Shown: positions 40,279 to 53,320 of the stretch, in pieces
Numbering within the stretch: position 1 is the stretch's first letter
Layout of the letters: every line of letters begins with the position of its first letter
NCBI GenBank assembly: GCA_951406725.2
Contig: OX597820.1
Span: forward strand, 50,592,001-50,656,000
DNA from: Octopus vulgaris
Lineage: Eukaryota
Length of the DNA: 64,000 nucleotides
Direction: 5' to 3'
The notes under the pieces: generated by a model
What the model was told of the DNA's origin: nothing
Seen by the model: only the letters and a program-made list of their open reading frames with translations
Databases searched by the model: none
Made by a program: the position numbers and the translations under genes

Positions 40279-40831
40279 GCCCTGATGCAGTACCAGGCAG
40301 TGGCTCTCATGGCTTCTGATCTTAACTGATTGGAAGTGTTATCATGTACATTGTTTTGTCTTGGTATAAAAGATAGGCTACAGCAAACATTCTGCTCAAT
40401 ACCACAGATTTGCTTGTCAGTTGTTTGACCGTAACCAGTTGAGCATGTCCCTTAGTGGCTGACGATATGTGCATCTCTGATCACGAGCAGAAGTAGTGGG
40501 GGAGCATCATAGCCATGTGTTGAGAAGGATTTTTTGGGGTTTGAATAATTCACCTCTGGAAACATGGGTGTTTCATTCAACATCCTTAAACAACCCTTAT
40601 TCAGGGACCTTTTGAGCGGGATGGGTTACTCGATCTGAAGAAAATTCTAACTGGGCTCCACCTGCAAGGTCATGTGCTGTTTATCTTGATATGAGATCCC
40701 CATGTCGCGCACATATGGTTGTGATGCATGTGCCTGCTGTACCCTTATCAGACGGGTAGTCATGATGGGTATATTGGGCTTCGTATATTTTACCCCAGTG
40801 TCACTTTGATGGCATGCACTGCTCTCTCACT
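40278..40831 (+). mobile_element. Family D non-coding element, apparently full length (554 bp), embedded in (TAA)n
   Basis: (TAA)n on both flanks; two other copies in the window. No TIR, long ORF or recognisable tRNA head. Confidence 0.85.
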
Positions 40832-40891
40832 TAATAATAATAATAATAATAATAATGATGATGATGATGGTGATGATGATGGGGATGATGT

Positions 40892-40942
<51 letters not shown>

Positions 40943-41433
40943 GGGATTTCGAGAACATGAGTGATTTCGAGCCTGGCGACTAAGGGGAAGAAAACAATAA
41001 GTATCACAACACAAAGGACAATAGATTTTTGCATATAGAACCATAAAGCAATTAATGTATCAAACAATAAAATCTAACAAATTGGGTCACCACCTAGTGT
41101 CGACCAAGGAATCCTCACATCCTAGACACCCCAATTACCTAATAAACTTTCTACAGTCACTCTTTTCCCTTTCAATTCTTCCGGTGTATATGTACATGCT
41201 CAGAGTAGATCCATTCACATGGGCCCTAACTGCAACATTCACTTACATTTGATGAAAAGTCCTGGTAGCAACACTTGCTTCGTCATTCACTTTCCTTTTG
41301 AAGTGGAACTTGAAAATGTCTTTGAAACCTTGACTGAAGACAAACATAACATATCCTCTCTTCAGTTCTTTGAATCTCACCCACTGCACGATCTTTTTTT
41401 ACCATAGCCACCAGACAGTGGAGAATTGTTAGT

Positions 41434-41700
41434 GCTACTTACTTACTTGTACTTGTGACGGCGTTCACCCAGGGCGGGTTGAGCCGGCTTCTTCTCTAGT
41501 TCTGACGGCATCATGAATCATGGCGGCCCACGCTCGACGGTCCTCTGTGAGGTCAATGGAGATAGCGAGCCATTCCTGGTTCCACCTGCGCAGACCAACC
41601 ACCTGCAGACCTGAGAGGTCCTCCTTTATCGTCATTATCCAGGTCTTCAGCTGCCCGCCTTTGCCGGTTGAGAAGTGGAGGTGGGAAAAGGACATCGCGA
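41434..41700 (-). mobile_element. RTE-clade LINE 3' fragment (second family) with (AAGT)n tail
   Basis: GGQLKTWIMTIKEDL..GLRRWNQEW..DRRAWAAMIHDAV..AGSTRPG*, followed by acaagtacaagtaagtaagta. Confidence 0.8.
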
Positions 41701-41729
41701 ACCAGCTCACTATGATATCAAGTGCTACC

Positions 41730-42557
41730 CGTTCAATAGAAGACAGCACTGCGATCGTCACAATGGATTTGCATTTCAGTCGTATCCGCTCTACATTCGA
41801 CAAAAGCTGTTTGACAAAACTCCATAAGGCAGCAATGCCCAGCAAGTGAAAAAATATATGCAGAACGTTTTCCGTCTCGACGTGCATCTTGGCCAGGCTC
41901 GTCTGACAGGAATTATGTGACTGTAGAACTTAACTCGAACCTACCAGGCTAGGGATTTCTAGATATCACTAATATGTACTAGTACGAAATTCCTCAGTAT
42001 TAGACCAGCAAAATGACTTCCACGGAGGCCCAGATATTTCTCGAGGAATCCACGGTGGAACATCGAGCGACTGCATTGACTGTGTAGCAGAGGTTTGTTA
42101 GAGCTTAGTGACCAACCATGTGCCGAATGCTTAGTCTCGTTTTCACCTTCAACCAGGACTGGAACTTCGTCAATGAGACAATCTGTGAAATAACCTTTTT
42201 GACAAACACCGATCGCAAATGCCCACCGTCAAAAGTTGGCTGGAGATATTACATCTTCAGCGCATGCCTTCACATCATTAGCTATGACATGCCAAATCTT
42301 TCACTGAGCAGCTGCTGACAACAAATGGACCGTACGAGAACAGGAACCCATCCGTTCGACGTCGAAGAAAAGGGTAAGCATCGAACTTGGACATCAAGGA
42401 AGCAGCGCAGCAGGAGTGGGTGTGGTAAGTAACTTGCTTACCAACCACATGGTTCCGGGATGGGTCCCACTGCGTGGCACCTTGGGCCAATAACTTCTAT
42501 AGCCTCAGGCCGATCAAAGCCTTGTGAGTGGATTTGTAGACGGAAACTGAAAGAAGC

Positions 42558-42607
<50 letters not shown>

Positions 42608-44240
42608 TTGTGTGTTTGTGTTTGTCTCCCCAACATCGCCTGACAACCTATGCTGGTGTGTTTACGTCCCCGTAACTTAGCGGTTCGGCAAAAGAGCCCG
42701 ATAGAATAAGTACTAGGCTTAAAAAATAAGTCCTGGGGTCGATTTGCTCGACTAAAGGCGGCGCTCCCACACGGCCGCAATCACATGACTGAAACGAGTA
42801 AAAGAGTAAAGTGTAAAAAGAGTTTATGTTAATGTGGAGAACCACACCAGATTGCTAAGCTATTGGGTCCTTATGTCCTTATGTCCGGCGACCTCACAAC
42901 GTTGCCGGATGGCGTGGATTTAAATACCAGGTGCCCTTCTGCAGCCCAACCACTTCTACGAGATATTTGCTCCTGTCAATGCTTCGTACTCACCATGATT
43001 TCTTACATGTCAGACATTACTACCGTGACTTGGTCCGCAGAGATTGTTACGAATCTTCCACGTTCTAGCTCAGGCAGAATGATCTTCGAATCATCCATAC
43101 TCCTTAGTAATAACTGGAAAACTAGCACTGGGAGAAGGTGCAAGTGTGGGTGCCCTTTAGGGACCGAACATACGATGCTAAACGATTCCAATAGGTGGCT
43201 ATTTATTTTGACCGAGTAGATTTCGTTTCACCTTGAATTAATCCAGCAACGATCCTGAAATATATAACCATGTGGAAAGCCTGCGATATTGGTGGTCGAC
43301 ACTATCAAAATCTTTATTCTAAATTCCTTACCTACACTCTCTATGCTATAATGAGTGAAGTAGGGTTTGTCTTGTAATCTGCCCGAAAGCTACGGGTCTA
43401 AAGTTATCGATATGCTTCGCCTTGTTCGTGTCCTTTCGGAGCAGCACTACCACGCCAAGGCATACCGTACAAACAATTCTCACATCTGTTCTGATGCTAG
43501 ATGCGGTAGACATCAGCCAAGAGATTACAGAAGTACTGCATATGAAGATAAAGCTCGCTATGCAGGTCATTCAACTTCGGAGAATTCTCCCTTTTGTAGG
43601 TAGTCATCGCACTACGCATGTCTTCGGATGTAAGCCGCGGCATGGCGTCGACGAATGACGTAATTGTCCATTCCCTCTCTCACTCACTGCGCGCCCCGTA
43701 GAGTTAAGTAAGTTGCTGATGAAATTCCGTACACATCTGCTTGGATTCGAACTGCAAGCTCCCGAGACCAGTCCTTTCCGAAATAACGCCGCCTCTCCGC
43801 TTTCCTTTTCAGGTCGACTAAGCGAAAGTAGATGGCCTCAAAACCGCCGAAAACAGGTACTAAAAGACGGTTATTTAAAATCCCAGTTTCCCTAATGTTC
43901 ACCACATAGATGATCAATGACCTCAGGTCATTGAGCAGTCATCTCTGCGTCAAAGCCGACCGCAGGCCACGTGCATTCATACATCAAACTCACAGAATTG
44001 CAGTGATTATAGGAGAGAAGGAAAAATGGATCACTTACCTTAGCCGTCATAATTATACGGCAAAAGTATGTGTTCATATCCATTACTGCCCTGTGTGCCT
44101 AGGAGAAATCTTTCAGAAACCTACTGGTGACTTTGACTAGATCAGTCCTTTCGTCATAGAGGAATTTCACTCTAACTACCTTATAAGCTTTTATGGGAAA
44201 CCTAACCATTAGTAGGTCACCAGGGACTGAGATATTTTCT
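41730..44240 (-). mobile_element. Degenerate L1/Tx1-clade LINE ORF2, interrupted by a SINE
   Basis: VVLLRKDTNKAKHIDNFRPV (~43440), FSIVCSVPKGHPHL..LLLR and SADQVTVVMSD (decayed QGCPLS and YADD). Confidence 0.7.
42407..42822 (+). mobile_element. SINE family C, full length
   Basis: caggagtgggtgtggtaag head, internal (TA)n(TG)n and tail gagtaaaagagtaaag. Confidence 0.9.
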
Positions 44241-45984
44241 TCGATTTAAAGCTCAGCATTGCTTCTATCTTCTACATTCGGGCTATGAACGACATTAGTT
44301 TTAGATAATTTCACTGAGTAGAACAAAATCTGTATTAGATCATATTGAACTCTTGAGTGGAGTTGTGCGTTGTTGGGGTTGTTTTGGGAGTTTTGTTTAT
44401 ATCTGCTGGTCGTACTCTTGTGTATTTGTTTTTGTGCGCTTTGTTGCTGATAGACACAATGAGTATGCTGCTGTTGTGGAATTGAGAGTGTCTGGTGTGG
44501 TCTTGTCAAATGTGTTGGGTGTCATGTGCACGTTTCGATCTTCGTATTTTTGAGTTTTCTTGTTGCTTTGCCTTCCCGGTTTACTTGTCCACACGATGAG
44601 GTTGCCGAATCGGAAACTTCAGATCACGAAGGGTTTGTTTATGTGCTCGCCCAAATATATTTTCTGGACACATGATTAGAGAGTTTCCATTCACTCAAAA
44701 CATTTTATTTACATTCAGTCACATTTTGGCATATTTAGTGTAGGAGAACATTTCCCTCTCTACATTCACTTTCCCTGCCAATATGAAGTTGAAAAGTAGA
44801 TGGGTGCTTCGCCGATGAATCGTGCGTCCGTTCTCAATCCATACAATCTCGTAGAATTTCGTTTCCAATGCATTCGGCCGGTAAAATAAATATCCCTATA
44901 AGACTAGATATCTTTGGATAGACTTTTTAGGTAATGATGCAAGAAAATACACACAGTGATAAGATTGAGCCAAATACATAACATGCGGAAAATAACACTT
45001 TACATAAATAATTTCAGGTTATCTCAAAATACTGGCAATCACAAAAGCAACACAAAACTCTCGAGGCACAGACAGCTCTCTATAAAGCAATAAAAGCACG
45101 CAATGAAAATAAGACTACAGCTAAAATAATTATTATATTATTAATAATGATTTGATTTGTTGCTGCAAAGACTAGGTATGAGGTACATTCCAAGTAATAA
45201 TTACAAGAAAAAAACATTTGGGGTTTTTACATCGAATAATACAGAATCAATGCAATGTTATATCAGGCAAAATAAATAATTAGATCAAACACAGACTGAC
45301 AAATAGTTAATTAATGGACAAAAGATATATAAAACACATACATGAAAGATAATATTAGCAAAGAATATTATAACACGTGAAATGGAGATAAATAAACCGA
45401 AAATAGGTTAAGCGATAGCAATATTTCAGCAGTTTCAGTAATAATTTATAGTTGTAATATTTTGCGCTGGAAGCTAAGTGAATTATTCCGACTAGATATG
45501 AAAGGAAAGAAAATAATAACGGCAGTTAGAATACAGCTCCAAACACAGACACAGAAAAATTATATTAACCACGAATACTGGCATGGGGAAGGTTTCTACA
45601 ATTAGAAAAGTTATAAAATATCTGTGACAAGACTACAAATATGTGTAATGGAAAATAAAATAAAATATATATAAATATAAGCGAATAGCTATAAACTAAA
45701 AAAGTAAGTTACTATGTTCTACATATTTAGGAAAACCAACACCTATAAAACAGAGGGTACTGTAATAAACAACTATATGGCAGGTTCAGGAAAATGCAAC
45801 ACAAGCTATTAAATATCTACGAAGTTAAATTGAAAATTCGATTGGTGAACATCATGCTAAGATACGGGGAAAAATACTACATACACCTAGTACCCAACAA
45901 AATGTCGCAATGAAAATTTGAATAAAGATAAACGTCTGGATACACGTATAAAGCCAAAAATTTTGCATACTATAAAAAATATCT

Positions 45985-46218
45985 CATTTACTCTTTTACT
46001 TGTTTCAGTCATTTGACTGTGGCCATACTGGAACATCGCCTTTAGTCGAGTAAATCGACCCCCGGGACTTATTCTTTGTAAGCCTAGTACTTATATCGTT
46101 CTGTTTTGCCGAACCGCTAAGTTACGGGGGATGTAAACACACCAGTATCGGTTGTCAAGCGATGTGGGGCGGGGCCAAAATCAGGCACACAAACATACAC
46201 ACACACACACACATACAT

Positions 46219-46254
<36 letters not shown>

Positions 46255-46410
46255 GTATATACATATATACGACGGGCTTCTTTCAGTTTCTGTCTACCAA
46301 ATTCACTCTCGAGGCTCTGGTCGGCCCGAGGCTTTAGTAGAAGACCCTTGGCGAAGTTGCCACGCAGAGGAACTGAACCCGAAACCATGTGCTTCTTACA
46401 CACAGCCACA
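45985..46410 (-). mobile_element. SINE family C
   Basis: Colinear with 23974-24394. Confidence 0.88.
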
Positions 46411-47415
46411 CAGAATTACATAGATTCCGGATATACATGTTTAAGCTAAACGAATAAGTAAAGCAATCTTTGTTCCACACTGACATAAATTTATCCTTAG
46501 TTGTCCACCCCGATCTTAAACCTAGTTAAATTCATTTTATTAAACTGGCTTGTATGTAGAAACATTAATTTGCATCTTCATCAGGGTAGGCTTCAAATAT
46601 GAAATGAAAATATGAAATTCATGCTTTTGTTTTATTTAACTTTCTGTTTGCATGCGAAAACAGATAAGCTCACGCACACATATACACACAAACACACGCA
46701 CACACACACACATATATAGGGGTTGTATATTCACGCACACACAAGTGCGCAAGCAACCCGTACTTATGATATATATATATATATATATGCATAGGTTTTA
46801 TATATATTGTTATATGTGCGTCTTCGTGCTTGAGTGAATGAGTTTGTGTGTGTGTGTGGGTTGTAAGGTTAGATCCGCATCAGTCTGCACAAGATACAAG
46901 ATACAAGATCTATGTAAATTTACCTTTGCTTGGTGAGAAGTTAAAATATTTGTAATAACGATGATTTATACTTCAATGTACATGCGTCATCAACAGAAAC
47001 GTGAAATGATATCGGGGAGGAAGTGAGGCGGTAAGATGCTCATATCTCCTATTGTAACTAGCTGTATCTCGGCCTGAAAAACTAATCAGCAAATATTAAG
47101 CTGAGAAGATTGAACTCGTCAACGCACTAAATAAACCAGAACAGAATGAAGAAAAGGAGAGTAAAATGAAAAAAAATATAACAAAAGTGAAAAGGCAGCA
47201 GTGAAAATATATTAATCAATACTCTACATGTCATTACCACATAAGGCTTTTAAACCAGTATTTTCTGCCATACAGTCTGGTCTTTCTTTTCTACAAGAGA
47301 ATCTTAGACAAGGTGTGGAAAGGTGAGTTGGTATTTATACCTTAGGATAAAGATTATATTCCTGACTACTGGGTGAAAATTATATTTGGGAAAACAACAC
47401 ATTCATTTGTATACG

Positions 47416-47714
<299 letters not shown>

Positions 47715-47755
47715 GAGTGTTTGAAATGCTGTACAAATATTGTATATTTTCAGAA

Positions 47756-47910
47756 AGGTGGAAGTCAGGATTTTGGATAATTCTTTATTAGTTAACCGAA
47801 CTCTTCAACGAAAATTTAAAATCCAAATTGTCTTAATTTCTCTCTTAAAGTGTTTAGTTAAGCGAAAGAAAGCGCAAATAAAGAATTATCCAAAATTCTC
47901 AACGCCTCCT
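47756..47910. mobile_element. Foldback or MITE-like element
   Basis: Perfect 20-bp inverted repeat attttggataattctttatt (47770-47789) and aataaagaattatccaaaat (47877-47896), with imperfect outer extension. Confidence 0.55.
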
Positions 47911-48281
47911 CATTATTAGGAAAAAAAAAAGAGATTTCAAATAAACAAACAATTCGAATAAACGTATACTAAACGAAAAAAGGAAAACAACGAAAATGTG
48001 GGCATGAACAAGAAGCAGATTAGCTTTACCCTCGGTGAAAATAGAGTGTTTAAATTTTTCGAGCATAGCTCTTCGTCGGGAAAGAGATGAGAGAAAAGTC
48101 CGAATTGGGAGAAGAAAGAATCGCTAATAGCACACGAAATAGTTACATTGATGAAGTGACCGGAAAAATATGTATGTGTGTGTTTGTGTGTATATGTGTG
48201 TGTGCATATATATGTGTATGTATACATTTTTGTGTACATGTATATATATGTGTGTGTTTGTGTGTGTTTATATATATGTTT

Positions 48282-48502
48282 CTTTACTACCCACAAGGGG
48301 CTAAACACAGAAAGGACAAACAAGGACAGACACACGGATTAAGTCGATTATATCGACCACAATGCGTAACTCGTACTTAATTTATCGACCCCGAAAGAAT
48401 GAAAGGCAAAGTCACCTCGGCGGAATTTCATCTCAGAACGTAACGGCAGACGAAATACGGGTACGTATTTCGCCCGGTGTGCTAACAACGTTTCTGCCAG
48501 CT
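48282..48502 (-). mobile_element. SINE family A, near full length
   Basis: Minus strand gagctggcagaaacgttgttagcacaccgggcgaaat...cccttgtgggtagtaaaga; matches 3443-3645. Confidence 0.88.
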
Positions 48503-49594
48503 CTGTGTTTATATATCTCTGAATGTTGGTGTGAGTGCTTGTGTGTTTATGTGAAATTTAATACAATAATTCAACATCAAATCAGAATTAATGAATTGTG
48601 TTTTTTTTTTATTACAGTACGTGATTATGTATTTCAGTAAATATATAAATAAATAAATAAACAAATAAATAAATGAAAGGCTGGATGTTATTTCGATGTT
48701 CCGGTTTCTTTGCTGCTATTCGAGTGTAAGATGTATTATTCTATGAACGTAATTTGCGAATGCATGCAAATATACAAAGCCAATTTCAGTACTAACCCTA
48801 ATGTAAGAAACAAACAGGAAGCTACACTACAACGTTTTCCTTGTAATTTTTAAAGATTGCTTCAATACAATGGGAAATATTTAATTGAAGCACACTCCAT
48901 ATAAACATAAAGCTTCGCTCATTTGTTCACCGTTAGCAAACCTTAAGGATAAATCTAGTGATGTTATGATTATGTTTGACTATACAAATTGTTTCATATT
49001 TATGTTGCTAATGAATCTTATTCCTGCCGTTTTATAGAAAAGTGCAGTATACAATATAGTCGGTACAGCAAGCTTATTGATACATTCCAAAAGGCCACAT
49101 ATTTCCAAGAATTTAATTGGAACAGAAGCAATGTAACTTCCGAGTACAAAAAATAATTATAACAAGAGCCTGCTCCTAAATACAAAAAGAAAAAAGAAAG
49201 TTTAAGAAAAAAAGAAAGTTTAAAAACGTTTTTTTTAAAGAAATATCCAATGTGAAGTCTGATATAACGGATAATGATATACTAGGGAATATGAGTGCGC
49301 TGAAATCTTTCCTGTATGCTGAACACATTAGAAAAAGCTGCTGTTGAATAAATATAAGGTTGACCAACGTATGATTGATGATAGCTATTTTAAAGTAAAG
49401 AATATATTAAACACTCTATTTTTATTGATCAAGTAATATAAAACCAGGTGAATTTTTTTTGGCTTTTTAATTATATTTATGGGCAGCGATGGGAAGAAAA
49501 CGCTTTACCAGTTCTCCAATATTGGTTGGGAGAAGAGAGATGATTTATTCACCTGAAATATATGGCACAGGTAAACCTATGGCTTCCTGTGTCA

Positions 49595-49820
49595 ACATCA
49601 TCATCGGTATCATCATCACCACCACCACTACCACCACCACCACCAACACTGTCATCACCAAATCCACCATCACCACCACTATCACCACCTCCTCCTCCAC
49701 CACCGCCGCCACCGCCGCCGCCGCCGCAGCCGCCGCCGCCGTCGTCGTCATTATCATCATCATCATCAGCAGTAGCAATAGCATCAGCAGTAGCAGCAGT
49801 AGCAGTAACTGTAGCAGCGT
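49595..49820. repeat. GC-rich compound trinucleotide repeat (CAT/CAC/CGC/CAG)
   Basis: Directly visible. Confidence 0.85.
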
Positions 49821-50779
49821 GGGGCGATGGACAGCGGGGGAGAAGATGAAAAGATCTCATTAAAGTGTGCACTGACATTTCATATATGATATCACGATAT
49901 AAAAATGGAAACTTGTTCTCTAAGATTGGTTCCACAAAACAAAAGTATCCTGGTTATTTTTCCTTTGTTAGGTTATAGTCATTTATCTACTCATTCTTCA
50001 TCACGTTCACACATTCACTTCTACGCATACCACCCCGTTCAGATATACGCACACATAACATTTCACACATATCGACGCATTCACAAATTGATACACAGAC
50101 ACACAATCACACACACACACGAACACACAATTCACACAAAAGCTATCATTCATTCGTTCCTTCTTTCAATTTATCTTCAATTATTTTTTTCATTCTATTT
50201 CTCCGTCTGTTGCCTCTTTCATGACAATCTATTGAACTCATCTATTTTCTAGTCTTCACAGAGTATTTAAAATGAAAATAAACAACCTCTGTCGCCGACT
50301 GCTGTCTGCAAATATAAAGGAGGCATTAGTAAAAAGTAAAAAGTACAGCCTCAATCTTAACAGTAAGAAAATACCAACGGAAACAAAGTGCGGCAGTGAT
50401 CACTCACGTTGCAATAACAGCAAAATATATATTATGATCTAAATCCAGGAACAAAATATAACAAAACAGCATTCATAAGAATAATACACATAGATTTTCA
50501 TAGGATTCACATAAGAAGCAGGGAAATAATTAAATAGATAAAGTGAAGTTGCTTACTAATTGATATATAATGTCTGTGAGGTTCCAGAATAGTTAACAAA
50601 GAAAAAAAGGGGAAACATTTTAGAGATACAATCCCTTGAAATTTCAAATTGCGCGAATTTGGTGTCTGAAAACTGTAAATGTTATGCCGTTAATAACTGG
50701 TGCATTAGCAACAGGGAATAATGATGTACACAGATGGCTGAAATAGATGGTTGAAAGAGAATGTGCTACGAAGCTTCTA

Positions 50780-50943
50780 CCGAAAGATTACTTCTTACGG
50801 ACAGGAAAAAAAAGGGTTCTGAGTATTTAAAAGATAGTTGAAAACCTGTGGATATCTAAGGTTACAAGTAGTAAACCGCTACCTGAATATTTTCTACTAG
50901 GACAAACCAGAGTCAAATCGAATAATAATAATAATGATAATAG

Positions 50944-50992
<49 letters not shown>

Positions 50993-52188
50993 GGTGGTGG
51001 TGATGATGATGATGATGATGAAGATGATGATGATGATAATAATAATAGATGATTATGCTGCTGCTGCTGATGATGATGACGATGATAACAATAAGCATTT
51101 ATGAAACAGTAAAAATGTTCAAGTGAGTTTATGTATAATACCCAGGTTGAACAGCATGTTGGAAGTTCAGCAACTGCAGTTGCAAAGAATGTGAAATCAA
51201 TAGCAGAACAAAATGCGTTTAAACACTTGGCTGATATGTGGGAAATAACACCTCTGTTTGCCAACAAAATGATGTAGACCAGAAGCACACCCATCAGTGG
51301 ATACGGAGCTGAGGGCTAGAGGTAGAGAGTGAATGCTTCATATTGGTTTCTCAATATCAGAGCATATGGAGCCAGTGCGATGAAAAATGATGTAGGCTCA
51401 AAGCGCTGATACTGCAGCGATGGGATTGAAAAAGTGGACCACATAATCTCTGAGTGTAAGGTTTCATCACCAGTAGAGTACATATTAAGACATGACAGAG
51501 TTGGCCAATATCTCCATTAGATAATGTATCGGCATTATAACATCAAAACCGCTGAAAAAATGTACAAGCACCACCCTGAGGCTGTAACCGAGGGAGAAAA
51601 TATAATGATTTTTTTGGACTTTCTAGTAAGTATAGCGCGGACCATCAAAGGAAATAAACCAGATATTGTTGTGAAAGACCAAAACAATAAAGTCTGGTTA
51701 TTTGATTGACATGAGCATACTCCGTGACCATAATATCTCGGCAAAATGATTTGATGGGTTCAGAAAATATAATGATTTGCTAATCGAAATCCAAAAGATG
51801 TGGCATCTTTAGACGGTTACAAAACCAATGTCGGTGGGAACACTTGGAATGATTAATAAAGGAACTGAAGATTAGCTACGAATGATCACTGGCTTAGCAT
51901 CCCTGCAGGAAGTTCAAACGATTGTCTGGACTTCTACCTCACAGGTACTGAGAAGTCCATTGTCAATGAGTTTTCTTTCCTTTTCTCCCCTTTATTTTCT
52001 TTGTTTACTTTTTTAACTTTGTATTTTTCCATTTTATCTCTCTGTCTTTCTTCCCCTTTTTATCTATCGCATGACTTTGTAAGTTATTTTAATGGCCTAT
52101 CAATGTATACAATGCGTTTCTCTGCCCTTGGTGTCAGGAAGGCACTCCGGAATAAATGGTAACAATATTGAAAGAAGATGATAAGGAA

Positions 52189-52190
<2 letters not shown>
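50780..52190 (+). mobile_element. Decayed RLE LINE family 2 copy, interrupted by a (GAT)/(GGT) tract at 50920-51090
   Basis: LRHDRVGQYLH, HHPEAVTEGEN and NKPDIVVKDQ are colinear with 52379-52986 but carry stops. Diverged 3' UTR at ~52085-52190 ends in (AAT)n. Confidence 0.8.
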
Positions 52191-52257
<67 letters not shown>

Positions 52258-52343
52258 GTATACTATGAGTTTCTTTGCCCTAGGAGTCGGGAAGACACTC
52301 GGCAAGAAATGGAAGCAAATTTGAAAGAAGAAAAAAAAAGTAA
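52258..52343 (+). mobile_element. 86-bp extreme 3' end of RLE LINE family 2
   Basis: Identical to 53078-53163; (AAT)n on both sides. Confidence 0.9.
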
Positions 52344-52344
52344 C

Positions 52345-52377
<33 letters not shown>

Positions 52378-52380
<3 letters not shown>

Positions 52381-53163
52381 TACAAGGCCAATATGATGAA
52401 AAATGAAGCAGACCCAAAATGCCGATTCTGCAACGACATGATTGGAACAGTGGACCACCTAATCTCTGGATGTAAAGTCTTAGCACCAGTAGAGTATAAA
52501 TTAAGACATGACAGAGTTGGCCAATATCTACACTGGCTAATAAGTCGGCATTACAATATCAAAACTGCCGACAAGTGGTATAATCACCACCCTGAGGCTG
52601 TAACTGAAGGAGAAAATGTAACGATTCTGTGGGACTTTCCAGTACATACAGACCGAACCATCAAGGCCAATAAACCAGATATTGTTGTGAAAGACAAAAA
52701 CAATAAAGTTTGCTTATTGATCGACATGAGCATCCCCTGTGATCATAATATCTCAGCGAAAGAGTTTGACAAGCTCAGAAAGTATAAAGACCTACTCATT
52801 GAAATTGAGAAAATGTGGCATCTCAAGGCGGTTACAATACCGGTGATCGTAGGAGCACTAGGAATGATCAAGAAGGGAACCGAAAATTATATGAGAATGA
52901 TCCCTGGCTTACCATCCCTGCAAGAAGTGCAAAAGATCGTGTTAACTGGTACATCACACGTATTGAGAAGAGCATCGTCGATGTGAGAACTGTTGCTGCT
53001 CATGTATTTTAATTTAACTTAAAAAAAAAAATTTTTTAATGAACGAACTATTGAGTTCGGTTTAATGGCCTACCACTGTATACTATGAGTTTCTTTGCCC
53101 TAGGAGTCGGGAAGACACTCGGCAAGAAATGGAAGCAAATTTGAAAGAAGAAAAAAAAAGTAA
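52378..53163 (+). mobile_element. RLE LINE family 2, 5'-truncated, with CCHC and endonuclease frame intact to the stop at 52986
   Basis: KCRFCNDMIGTVDHLISGC, RHDRVG, ILWD and NKPDIVV..LIDMSIP..KEFDKLRKYKDL (PD-(D/E)xK-type RLE). Confidence 0.93.
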
Positions 53164-53182
53164 TAATAATAATAATAATAAT

Positions 53183-53220
<38 letters not shown>

Positions 53221-53233
53221 TAATAATAATAAC

Positions 53234-53316
<83 letters not shown>

Positions 53317-53320
53317 TAAT

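Noticed and set aside
49489-49935. Pro-rich and Gly-rich ORFs resembling formin, extensin or glycine-rich proteins
   Set aside because: They are fully explained by compound trinucleotide repeats open in several frames, with no domain or convincing splice context.
52156-52986. 276-aa ORF with poly-Asn N-terminus as a novel nuclease gene
   Set aside because: It is a chance in-frame read-through of two LINE 3' UTRs and (AAT)n tracts into a truncated LINE endonuclease.
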